The position numbers and the translations under genes are program-made. Below the pieces are notes generated by a model, which saw only the letters and a list, made by a program, of their open reading frames with translations, was not told the origin of the DNA and ran no database searches. Shown in pieces: positions 42,905 through 54,445 of a stretch of DNA of 64,000 nt. Within the stretch, counting starts at the first letter, position 1; each line of letters opens with the position of its first letter. The stretch lies in NCBI GenBank assembly GCA_028023455.1, contig JAQFVV010000006.1, positions 6,448,001-6,512,000 of the forward strand. Reading direction: 5' to 3'. Source of the DNA: Epiperipatus broadwayi (lineage: Eukaryota; Animalia; Onychophora).

Positions 42905-43250
42905 TATTCTCTCCAATAGACAGGTCCAGAGGGTAATCACAACATTAATTCATCCATTCTTCCATTCCATTCTCTTCCTTGCCCATCTCTTCAATTCCAC
43001 ATAAGTCTTCCCATCACTTATATCATCCAATAATGCCAATATCTTCCATCCTTTTTATTTCCACTCACCATTCCCTCGAAAGCATCTTTCATTAAACTAT
43101 CATTTCTTCTTAATATATGTCCAATCCAGTTTCTCTTTCTCTCTCTGATTTTTTCAATCAATCTTCTTTTCCTCCTTTACTCTTTTCAAATCTTTTTCAT
43201 TTATTTTACTCTTCCAACTGATTTTTTCCATTCTTCTCCATGTCCACATA
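42905..43250 (-). mobile_element. RTE-clade LINE 3' fragment
   Basis: Reverse complement gives WRRMEKISW...IRERKRNWIGHILRRNDSLMKDAFEGMV...YVELKRWA. Confidence 0.75.
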
Positions 43251-43628
43251 CTCAAAATTGTCTCTGTTATACAATTAAAAAAAAGGGGGAAGAGATCTCA
43301 ATTTTTTGTCAACTAGGGCCTAAAAAAATATAAATTCGGTCCTGATTGTAACACATTTTAAAACACATATGCATGAACACATATATAAAGCTAAATCTCT
43401 ACTCCACATTTAATTTCAAGGCAAACCATGAATACCTATCTAACTGTACTAGAACACACTTTTTACCACCTAAGAATGCAGATACAAATAGGAGTATGTA
43501 TACATGTATATATATATATTGGAAATATTTATAAACATAGATATTTACATTTTTATACATATTGTTTATGGACTAAGGGCTAAAAAAATTAAAATGAAAA
43601 AAAATAAAATAACTTTGTGCATAGAAAT

Positions 43629-43689
43629 GATAATCAGGACCAACTGACGAGTGCTGGTTTAGCACGAAATACATGTATTGGTGATTATT
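43629..43689 (+). ncRNA. Minimal type-I hammerhead ribozyme, family A, intact core
   Basis: ccaa-CTGACGA-GTGCT(ggttt)AGCAC-GAAA-tacatg-TA/ttgg. Stem I is ccaa/ttgg extended by taatc/gatta, stem II is 5 bp, stem III is the palindrome ATACATGTAT. Predicted GUA cleavage after 43677. Confidence 0.85.
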
Positions 43690-45148
43690 TATCTTTTAGA
43701 CATATATGTGTTCAAGTGTATCAGTGGTATGAGATAGTGTGGAGAGTTGAGGATTGTGTGAAAGTGTGAACTCAAAATACCCTATATATTACATTGTTTG
43801 TACAGGTATATTATAGCCTGTATGTTAGATATTAAACTTACTAAGTGAATTCTTTACATCGCAGATAATTGAAATCGCGATAGGAAAATTGCAGACATGG
43901 GGAAATCACTGTACAATATCCGTTTTTAGTTATATTTTAATAAAAGAATACCTTACAAAACTTTATTGCAACAACTGGGATAGAATTTTAATGATAATTA
44001 CACAAATTAATGCAAAGAAAAGTATCTTCGTGCGTGTGCGTGGATAAAGATAATGTATTAAATCTATCAAACTTTAACAGATATGCTATATAATACAGCT
44101 AAGAGAAAATGGAAAAATTTATTGTCACAAACAAATAAATCATGATTTCCAAATGCTATTAAATACGGAAAAGGGTAAATTATGGGAGTAATTATTCAAA
44201 ACAGAAGAGAAATAAGAGACGTTAAAGCAAAAATATATAATGTTACACGGATTACTGTAAAACACATATAACATATGCATTGGATAAAGTAAAACCAAAT
44301 AATAGAATATTATCAGCTTTAACCTAGGTTCCTCATATATGTTGATCCATTACAAACCCCATAATTGGGGTTTGTTTAACGTTGCGGTCCAACCTTTTCG
44401 CATCTCTGGACCACATTAGCGTTGGTCTACACATTAAATATACAAACATTAGCGAAAACTGTAGATTGGTTTGTATAAATAATCATTGCAAAATTGACCT
44501 CTAGTATTTTTTTTTTTTTTTAAGATGGAGTGGCCGTAATTGTTAGCCAGGGGCTGATAAAAACATTTGAGAAAAGCGAAGCATCTTAAAAAAACATATT
44601 TGATACATATTCCCAACTTTGATATTTTTATTACAAGATAATCATTTTCTTTTTCTTTTATTTCAAGAGCATTTAAGTACGATTTCAAATAAATTTATTT
44701 GATTTAAAATTTCAAACAAAAGAATAAGCAAATATCAGTATTTATAAAACACATTACATTTTAGAGTTTGTATCGATTTTTTTTTTTTTGAAATTGCAAC
44801 ATCTGTAGCATTTTCTTTTTTTTATTATTAATCTTTCTAGCCAAGAAAATGTATTTGGTATTTTTAATAAAATATACTTATCATTTAAAAAAAATTAAAA
44901 GCAAGATAAAAATTGAATGGGAAAATGCCGAGTTAAACAAAATACTGCCTATTAAATAAATAAATATTTAAATTTTAATGAAACACTAACTGATAATCTG
45001 CTGTTATCGCAAGAGAAAAAACCGGCCGTTGTAAAGAAATAATGTTACTTTACAAACATCAGTATGTGTGTAATAGAATAAAGCTATTATGCAAACAAAC
45101 ACATCACAAACATTTATATTGAAGCGATCCTTAACAATACAGGATGCA

Positions 45149-45336
45149 CATTAGACCTGCTGTGACATTTCACATATGTATCAGTCCGCGAATAAGTAAA
45201 TAAAAATAGGTACTTCTGAGTTTTTAATATGACATTCTGACGTCGCAAACACAGGCAGCAATTCCCAAATTTTTCTTTAAAAGTAAAAAAACACTATGTA
45301 TATTAACTGGCGGGAAATATCACAGCAGGTCTAATA
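45149..45336. mobile_element. MITE-like element with ~22-bp terminal inverted repeats
   Basis: attagacctgctgtgacatttc ... gaaatatcacagcaggtctaat. Confidence 0.5.
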
Positions 45337-47425
45337 TATATGTATTTTTAATGAAGTAGTAGAGAGGCCAATTCAAGAGTTCAAAATCCACGACCAGGAT
45401 CCAGCTTCTTCATATTCTAATCGCTTGTGAACCTTTGAGCAGTTAACCATTCAATTATTGTAATACAAACACACACGCTAATTTATAGTGATGCAATCAT
45501 TATTGGTACAAGTCATATGTTTTGCAACTTGATGAACTCTGAACTCAAAATTCATGGGTCATGGCCCAGCTTGGTTACCAGTGGTGTTCAAATTCATTAT
45601 GAATACTCGAGCCATTAACCATGTAATTATTACCTACAAATACTTAGCAAGAATTCATATCAAAATAAGCACTATTGACAGAGGCTCTGCGTGTTTTAAT
45701 GTAATGATATATTGGCAGACTGAAGAATAATGGTAATGGATTGTGATGCAAATTCTACCATCTCTGATGATTGAATTGCTTACAAATTACCGAGCAATTG
45801 ACCATTCGATTATTACTATAAAACGTAGCAATAATTCAAATGGAAAATTTTAATAATGCAATTTTTAATAAGTTATATCTTTACATATATGTAAATATTG
45901 CCCTATGAGCCCAATGGTGAAGTTTTGGACTTGAGTCATATCTGGACTGAATCTTGATTTGTTGCTTCTGATACTTGAATGTCACATATGCCCCTTAGCA
46001 GCCAATCACTCAATTGTCTACACCCATTGTGATTTAGGATTGTATATAGTGTTACATTCAAGAGGTAAAACCTTCAGGATCAAAGTTCAATCTGGCACTT
46101 CTAGTGACCAAACATCACAGGATGTCCTGATTGACTAACCCATTATTTTTGCTTTGTAGCAGTGATAGAGTAGTGAAGTTGGAAACTGAATCCAAGTTCA
46201 ACCTGTCACTGCTGGCTCTCATATTCCACATGATTCCCCAAATGACCGATTGGCTTTTTCACCCTCTACAATAAACCGAGCAGTAGAGTTAGAGGTTCAG
46301 TAGCCAAAGCAAGCATGGCCCATCACTCCTGGTGATTGAATATCACATGATCTTCTGAGCAACTAAACATTGATCATATTGTTTCTTCACAGTGGCATGT
46401 GATGGCAGAGTGATGGATTTCAGAGCTAAATAGCTTTGTATTGAAGCTCAACTATGTCACTTGCAGTGGGTTAATGCCCCATGACCTACTAAGCAACAAA
46501 AACCATTTTATTATTATTATATATGTGTTCCATTTTTCAAAACAATGTTACCTTACTTCTCTAGGTTATATTTAATTTACATTAGATAATAGTAGTATCT
46601 CCATCCTCAACTTTAAAACTAATCTTCATTAGTGACTTTAAAGTGAAGGTATATAGCTCACTCCTACTGAATTACTTCTTTCTCACAGAATAATAACAGG
46701 TGCAAAATCTCTGATAAAAACAAATTAATTTATAATTTTGAGCTGCAATCTAAGATATTAGAAAATAATGTTGGTAAATTTTTTTAAATATAAATTAGTC
46801 ATTACAGTTTAATAATTTAGATACAGTGATCCCCACCCCACCTATATTCAGAATCACCACCCACAGATCTAATAAACATGATTTGAAAGAGTATTAAAAA
46901 ATAATTAGAAATCTGTGAATAAATTTATAAACTTCACACACATATCTATCTTTATAAGCATTATCATGAATCATCTCTCAAGTCATTTACCATTAAAACA
47001 TCACATGAATAACTAGTGATCACATTACTAAAGCTTACACTAGGTGGCGCAAAAGTCGTCTGAAAATATTTACTCATATTATGTACTTAACATGCACTCA
47101 AATATAAGCAGTTGCTCTCTCTCTCTCAACTAATAACAATATTATTTTTTCATAATGATATTACTTGATTTTTTTGGTAAATATTTAATGTAGCCATTTT
47201 AAAAATGAAATTGTACTTTGAGACTTTTTGCAATAATTTTAAGTGGTATAGACTTAATTCAATAGTTACTTTTTTTTTACTCAGTTTTGAAAAATTTAAT
47301 ATTCATGAGAAGAAAAAATATTTTAATTTTAAATTGTAAAAATTTAACAATATAAAACTGAGAACTAATATGGAAGGTTGCATTAGATCCTAAGATCTAG
47401 GTGTAGTGCTCTCAAATCCAAGGCT

Positions 47426-47468
47426 TATCCCTGATGAAAGCCACAAGCTAGAAACTAGTCTGAGGATA
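47426..47468 (+). ncRNA. Minimal hammerhead variant, family B
   Basis: CTGATGA-A-AGC(cacaa)GCT-A-GAAA-CTAG-TC/tgagg; stem I 5' strand partly mutated. Confidence 0.7.
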
Positions 47469-49426
47469 CTGAATGAGTAGGCACTAGATAGAGATTTTAT
47501 GCACAAATCTTCTGGCATCTATTGAATACTCTGGCTTGCCCTGAGTGACACTAACGTATGGAGAGTTTTGCCTGGTTTAATCTGGAGATAAAAAAAAATC
47601 CGATAAATAACAGTGTTATACCATAATAGCATGTCTAGGTTCCCTGCACAGTATTTTAAATTGTTATAAGCTTACAAATAGTTAAGTTTCTTTTACTTAA
47701 CATTTAAAAATATATATTTAATTTTCATGAGAGTAAAAAATGTGATATATTTAATTTAAAATTATAAAAATTTAACAGTACGGAATTGATAAAAAATTTG
47801 GAGAGACAATAATTTCTGATAAATAATTTTATTCACCATTTTCTTGTTTTTTCATGTACCCCTGTGGAATATTTTGGATTGCTATAGGCTTGCATATAGA
47901 TATGTTTTTTTTACCTAAATTTAAAAACTTTAAATATTTATTTTATAATTACAATAGCCTAGACTATCTATATAAGTGCATTTTTGTGAACTTAAATTGA
48001 GTATTGACAAGCAAAAGGTAAATAAAATTAGCTTGTTTTAGTAATCAGCTATTGCCCAGTATTTTTATTAATTAACAAAGTTTTAACTTAATGCATGACG
48101 CAATCCACTTCAAAATATCACTTTGAACTATATCTTGCATACTCCATTTCCACATCTTGCAAAGTAGGAAGTGATAAAATTTCATAAAAGTCAAAGCATG
48201 TCATTTTCTGAATTTTTTCAAATTTTAAACATCTTCAAATTTATTCCAGAGCTCATGCCTAGAAGTCATATTTCAAAATGCATGTCTAAAAGTTGATGTT
48301 GATGAAACATTACTAAAATAGTACATAGATTATAGGTCTATGTACATATGTTAAATTAACTTATTTAAATAGTGTTTAATTAAAGTGACAATCAAATTGC
48401 TGGTAGCTTTCATATAAGACAACATATTAAAACAAGCAATTAAACAATTCTCCCAAAATGTTTTGCGATTGAGATGGTCACTGGTGTATTTCAGCATAAA
48501 GTGCAAAACCGTCTCAGGATAAATACTAAATCCAATTCCATAAAGAATCTTTAAGCGTAAAATAATCACTGTGTCATAGGAATTTTAACATGATGACAAA
48601 GGGTGAATGTGAATATAAACAGTGATTTGATTGGCTGCCACTCTCTTAAAAGTTGTTTGAGTACATTAATTTATGTATTTATTCCAGTTTGATGGTACAC
48701 ATATTTGGATTTATGGGGTTTACTATTATCTAAGGTTTGGAGTATCTCAAGAATGACTATTAAACTGTGATAGATGTAATAAAGAAAATTAATTTTTTGC
48801 CACTCAATAAAAGGTAGTTTTCATCTTACTTTGAGAACAGCATATGATATATATTAAAATACTCATTGTCCAGAGTACCTTATATAATCATCCCAAATCA
48901 TTAACAATTTGGTTATGTATACCTTTTTTCAGATGAGTTGAAATAATATGGTTCACTTAGTAGATATGATTAATAATGATAATGATATTTACAGATAAAA
49001 AAATTTATTCTTCCCATTTTAGAAACCTGTAAATTTGGGGGATGGATCTCAGATTGTATAGGAATATCTATATCATCGGTCTAGTTTTTGGCATTTGCCT
49101 TCACAAAGAGAACTAATGCAAAAAATGATTCTAGCAGTCACCATTTACATCTTTATTAATCTAATAGTGTGAAATTTAAAAGAATCCTGATGGTTTAAAC
49201 CCAAGAAAATTTACTTACATTATTACATAGATCTGACATCAAGTCACTTTATATTTTAAAAACCTCAGTATTATGTCAACTGCAGACTCTTTCTACTCTC
49301 TGACTAGGAATATCAATTCCAAAGAAATGAAGTCATATATCATATGACCTAATTTAACAAGGTTGTATTACATTATATATAGTACCTGCAAATAAGCTCT
49401 TAACAGCTTTGCAGAATATCACCAAC

Positions 49427-49462
49427 CCCAGACCGGTTTCTGCTACTGCTTCCTCAGTGAGG
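49427..49462 (-). ncRNA. Minimal hammerhead variant, family B (inverted arm)
   Basis: Reverse complement reads cctca-CTGAGGA-A-GC(agta)GC-A-GAAA-CCGG-TC/tggg; palindromic ACCGGT. Confidence 0.7.
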
Positions 49463-49566
49463 TACTAGGATATTTAAGCATCAGATTTTCTCCTTAATAG
49501 TTATCCATTAGATAAAGTGCTGGGCTTGTCCTGGTATTTTTAATCTGATGCTTGAATATCCTAGCA

Positions 49567-49604
49567 CCTCACTGAGGAAGCCAGTAGCAGAAACCGGTTT
49601 GAGA
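49567..49604 (+). ncRNA. Minimal hammerhead variant, family B
   Basis: cctca-CTGAGGA-A-GC(cagta)GC-A-GAAA-CCGG-TT/tgag; palindromic ACCGGT, stem I ctca/tgag. Confidence 0.7.
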
Positions 49605-51112
49605 TTGGGGATATTTTGCAAAGCTTGTTAAGAGCTTTTTTTCAAGCTCTATATATCACAGGAATATCAATATCAAAAACAACATCACATGATTTATGCT
49701 TCTCAAAACAGTTCTCTTCATCCTATTTTAGAGTCATCTATAGTAAGCTTGAGTAACTAAGGAATACTAACTGGTATAATGCTGTAATATCCGAATTGCC
49801 AACCATAGAATTCAAATGATGTTAAATGTTAACTGATAGTAGGTTAATTTTTATTGTTTGCTATATAATCTTCCTTTTTTGTGTGTTTAATAATATGACA
49901 AAAGCCATTGCAAAAGTCTGACTTAAATATTCTTTATAGCTGCAGCACTTAAGTCATTTTCTTCCTGTGTAATTAATGTGCCCCACAAGCAACTCAGCTT
50001 AGATGTAAGTCAAAAACACACAAACATATTGCATTAATACAATAAATAACTTTTTTAAAATAATTTTATTCACAGTGTAGAAAGTGTTTTTATAAAACTG
50101 CTATTTGACATAAAATATTCCACTGTTAGTTTTACTATTTCTTTTTCTACATTGAGTGCATTAATTCCAATATAAAGAATAATAATATAGGAATGCAACC
50201 ATACGTACTTAATACAATACAATTTTTTTACTAATTTCCTTAATTAACTCCAGATACCATAACACTAAAACTAGATGGGAAAATAAGTAATAATGAGGAA
50301 GTATCAAAGGATTTATTGATTTGGAGTTCATAAGAAATTCATAAACTAGGATCCAGAGTATATAGATTTTACATAGTTTCGATTGTTTGACAGACTTTCT
50401 CAGGATATAAATATACAAAACAATATGTAATACAGATTGAAATGGCTAATGAATTAAGCAATAATTAATTAAGATTGCAGGAGCATGCAAACTTTCTTTC
50501 TAACTCTTTTCTTAAATGCATCCAAAGTGCCTTCTATGACATAGTTCATGGTTTAGATCCATGAAAACTGGTATTTTTTTGCTTTTTAATGTGTAACCCA
50601 AATCTCAAAATTTTAAAGATTTATTCATTAATATGTTTGTAGTACTTTGTTGTTTCTGTAGGTGGCAGATAAGTCAAAGAGCCATCTTGATTTTCAAACT
50701 TTGAAAAAGTGATAAAAAGTCAATTTTTGTGCCAGTTTCAGAAGAGACAAGTTGGCCCATCTTCCAGCAGTTTTTTTGTTTTTTTTTTTTAAATAAAAAC
50801 TTTTACTTTAAACATTATTATATTATTATACAATATAATAGATGAGTAATAAATAATTTTCTTGTTCTTTTATTTGATTTCATATTTCATACAATAAAAG
50901 AATAGAAAGATTTTACAATTTTGATTTGCAATTTTTGGCAAATATTTTATTGATCTTGATGTTTTATTCCATATGTATCAATTATTTATTTCATAAGTAG
51001 AAATATTTTAAGGTGTTGTAATTTTAATGATATAACCATTTAATGTATGTAGATGTTAAAATAAATCCCACTTTTGGGACAAAAGATGCTAAAAAACATG
51101 CCCAGTAGTCAA

Positions 51113-51184
51113 GCATTGGTGACCTAGCAGTTAGCATGGCTGCCTTCCAAGCAGCTGGCTCGGATTCACTTCCCAGTCAACACT
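51113..51184 (+). pseudogene. tRNA-Gly(TCC) pseudogene
   Basis: GCATTGGTGACCTAGCAGTTAGCATGGCTGCCTTCCAAGCAGCTGGCTCGGATTCACTTCCCAGTCAACACT follows the eukaryotic tRNA-Gly-TCC pattern (anticodon arm CTGCC-TTCCAA-GCAG). The A box, B box and acceptor stem are mutated. Confidence 0.8.
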
Positions 51185-51535
51185 TTAACATATAAAAAAA
51201 AAACACGACCAGTAAAAGATTAAAAAAAACACATCAATTCTTTTAGTGAAGAAAATCTATCTATATATTTGCAATTAAAACTAATTAGCACCATAGTTCC
51301 CCAACTTTCTCAGTCTATATGATATAATGTATGTATATATCATTAAAAACAGTTAATACTTAGACAATCCCAATATCAATAACAATCAACAATTTTGAAC
51401 TGTTGTCAAGGCAACCTTTCTTATAACAATAAAGATGGAATTTATATATAAATAATGTAGAGTTTAAATTTATTATGAAACATATAGTATCAGTATTATA
51501 ATATTGTTTGGTACTTATATATTTTGAGTACTTTC

Positions 51536-51575
51536 AGTTCTGAGGAAAACTGACAAACAGTTGAAACTGTCACAT
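51536..51575 (+). ncRNA. Hammerhead-like motif, family C-related
   Basis: CTGAGGA-A-AACTG(acaaa)CAGTT-GAAA-ctgt; a related decayed copy is at about 2448-2485. Confidence 0.5.
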
Positions 51576-52263
51576 AATTATGGAGTTTAAAAAATAATTG
51601 CATTGTATCAAATGTATATGGAAATATTTCAATATTATTAATCATTAATATTTGAAATATATTTAAAAAAGAATAGTCAATCTATGACAATATCTAAATG
51701 ACCCAGTAATGTATTAATTTGGGCACATTGAAACCTTCATTATAAAAATAAAAAGGATAGATTTTAAAAATAATATTGAAATTAAAAATGGTTGTCATTA
51801 ACCCTTACAAATTCTGACATTTTTTGCTTCACCTGGTGAGAGTTTTTGGAAATACTCTATTTTTCATTTCTGTATGAAATCTTTATTTTATACTATAATT
51901 CAAATAAATTGGATTTTATTTTAATTTAATTTTATAAATGAATGGTATTTTAAAAAATCGCATTTGATCTTTTTAAATATTTAAAAACTGACTTGTGAAT
52001 ACGAATGAAGGTTGTAATCACATCATAATGGTCATACATTAATGTGAAAGTAAACTCTCAGAAAATAAATTCATTTTTATTTCTTCTTTGATTCCAAAAA
52101 AATGATTGTGTATTTGTGATAGATCTACCAAATTCTACTTTAAAATCTGATATTTGCTTTATACTTATTAAAATATTTGAAAGTCTTTATCATGTCAATA
52201 CTGACAGATAATATTATATAATGAGCATTAATAGCTCTTACAAGCTTTTCCGAATATCCCTAT

Positions 52264-52300
52264 CCTCAGACTGTTTTCCAGCTGTGGCTGTCTTCAGTGA
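52264..52300 (-). ncRNA. Minimal hammerhead variant, family B (inverted arm)
   Basis: Reverse complement reads tca-CTGAAGA-CAGC(caca)GCTG-GAAA-acag-TC/tgagg; 4-bp stem II. Confidence 0.65.
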
Positions 52301-52331
52301 TGTGCTAGGACAATGTCTGAATACTCTGGCA

Positions 52332-52369
52332 CCTCACTGAAGACAGCTACAGCTAGAAACCAGTCTAGG
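52332..52369 (+). ncRNA. Minimal hammerhead variant, family B
   Basis: cctca-CTGAAGA-C-AGC(taca)GCT-A-GAAA-ccag-TC/tagg. Confidence 0.65.
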
Positions 52370-52491
52370 AATATTTGGAAAAGCTTATTAAGAGGTATTA
52401 ATGCTCATTATATAATATTTGTAGTACAAGCTTATTAAATGAAGTCGTGTAATGCATGACTTGATTTCTTTGCAACTGACAGATAATGCAC

Positions 52492-52529
52492 TTTACTGAA
52501 GATAGCCACAGCTAGAAACAGGTCTGAAG
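52492..52529 (+). ncRNA. Minimal hammerhead variant, family B (tandem duplicate)
   Basis: ttta-CTGAAGA-TAGC(caca)GCTA-GAAA-cagg-TC/tgaa. Confidence 0.65.
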
Positions 52530-53223
52530 ATAGGGATATTTGGAAAAGCTTGCTAAGAGTTATTAACACTCATTATATAACATTTGTAGTACAAGTTTAT
52601 TAAATGAAGTCATGTAATGTATGACTTGATTTCCTTGCAACTGACAGATAATGACAATAAATCCATTATGACTCTCTTTATTTATGGTCAAATTTAACTT
52701 TTTGTAAAAATAAAAGGGGAATGAATAAATTAAGAGTGTACGTGTATACTTTTTGTTTTAAATAATTGTCACCCAATTAGTGTGTAAAAATAATCAAAAA
52801 TATTTTATAGACAAACAAAAAAATCATACTTTTTTATTTCAAAAACTTGGCATTAAAAGTAGACCCAAAAGAAATGCCTTCTGGCCATTTTTTTCTGTTA
52901 TAAACAATAAAGACTTAGCTTTTAGTTGATGGTCCATAAGATCTTAACTGCTTCAAAAAAATTTTTAATTAAAAAATCAATAAAGCATGTTATTAAAAGA
53001 ATCTTATGCAAAAATGATTTTTGATAATGGTAAAACAACTATTTAAAACAGCAGAACAATCATGCTTTGTTCTACAAGGAACACCCAACAATTTTCAATG
53101 AATATTAAACCATCAAACACCACATGATCATTTTTCTTTATGCTTACAAAAAAGTAAAAGGTGGCTGCTGGAGAGCTGCATCAGATCCTAAGATCTAGGT
53201 CCAGTGCTCTCAGATCCAAGGCT

Positions 53224-53263
53224 CCTCACTGATGAAAGCCACAAGCTAGAAACCAATCTGAGA
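53224..53263 (+). ncRNA. Minimal hammerhead variant, family B
   Basis: cctca-CTGATGA-A-AGC(cacaa)GCT-A-GAAA-ccaa-TC/tgag. Confidence 0.65.
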
Positions 53264-54357
53264 ATATTGGATGAGTAGATAATAGATAGGGATTTTATGC
53301 ACAAACCTTCATGCATACATTGATTACTCTGGCTTGCAATGAGTGATGCTATTGTATGGAGAATTTTGTCCCTGTTCAACGAATATGAGAGTTACCAAAT
53401 TAACACTAAAAAAATTATACCAAAAATTCAGAGTCAGTGAGTTGACCCCCTTGTTGAATTTTAAGGACTAATCCAGATGAGTCCATAATTGTTTTTGGTA
53501 AGACTTCTAGTTTTGTCCCACCTGACTGATTTAACTTTGAAAAATGTTTCCACTCTACTTCAATATTCAAAACTTTCATTAAAATAATATTTAAACATAA
53601 ATTTTATCATTTTTGTCATAATATATTTTTCCATTATTACATTATTATGAAAAAATATTAAATATTATTTATTTACAACATATGACATTGAATCATCATA
53701 TGAACCCGTAAGAGAAAAATTGGTGCATGGATTATAAAATGCTGGTCGACCCTGATTTAAAATAATACGTGCCCTCCAATCATCAATATTTTTTTACTTT
53801 TAAGTTGAATCATAATTCATTTCTTGTTTACACTTTAAATAATAAAGAAATAAAATTAATTTCCAGCTAAAAAATTAAAGTAAAATATTTTCCTTCTTTT
53901 GTCATATCTTTAAACTGAATCAATATTCAATTTTGAAGGGTAAGATGTGTTCGTTGAAATATTTTGCACTCCTTCCATATACTTTGCATACACCAGGTAT
54001 TTCTTTTTGCCTATGTATGGTTTAATGTGTCGACTTTATATAAATCCAAGAAATGTTATTTAACAGTAAAGTAGATATAGAACTATTGATTACATAGATA
54101 TTGGATAGATATAGAATCTTCTATATTTATTCACTGCTTGTTTCCAAAAAATGAAGTCAAGTTTATACCTATTTTTGCCAGTTTTCTTTATATTAGCCAT
54201 TTTCTTAAAAAACTATTAGTATTTCTTCAGCTAATTTTTATGGGCATGTTTTTATCACTTGGCATAAATGTTCTGAGTTGTTAGTATAGTGGTAACGTAA
54301 TCAACTTAATAGCAATCAAATCTCACATCTACCACTTATACTGTTGAAACATCAGAT

Positions 54358-54445
54358 GACCTCCCAAGCTGCTAACAGATAAATGGATCATAAGGCAATT
54401 AACATCTAACGACCTCCCAAGCTGCTAACAGACCAATAGATCACA
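54358..54445 (+). repeat. Direct repeat with ~53-bp period
   Basis: gacctcccaagctgctaacaga x2. Confidence 0.8.

Larger units (their letters stand above)
49318..49659. mobile_element. Fold-back hammerhead element, family B, 12-bp TSD
   Basis: Inverted arms about 49380-49480 and 49550-49655; aggaatatcaat occurs at 49306-49317 and 49660-49671. Confidence 0.85.
52213..52639. mobile_element. Fold-back family B element plus tandem duplicate, 13-bp TSD
   Basis: actgacagataat occurs at 52200-52212, 52475-52487 and 52640-52652; three hammerhead motifs. Confidence 0.8.

Noticed and set aside
43957-44070. Hydrophobic minus-strand stretch (KILFFALICVIII) as a possible MMP signal-peptide exon
   Set aside because: No in-frame ATG after the upstream stop, and the frame ends in a stop.
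45900-46500. Higher-GC block that looked coding
   Set aside because: No ORF or recognisable motif; probably an old transposon fragment I cannot classify.
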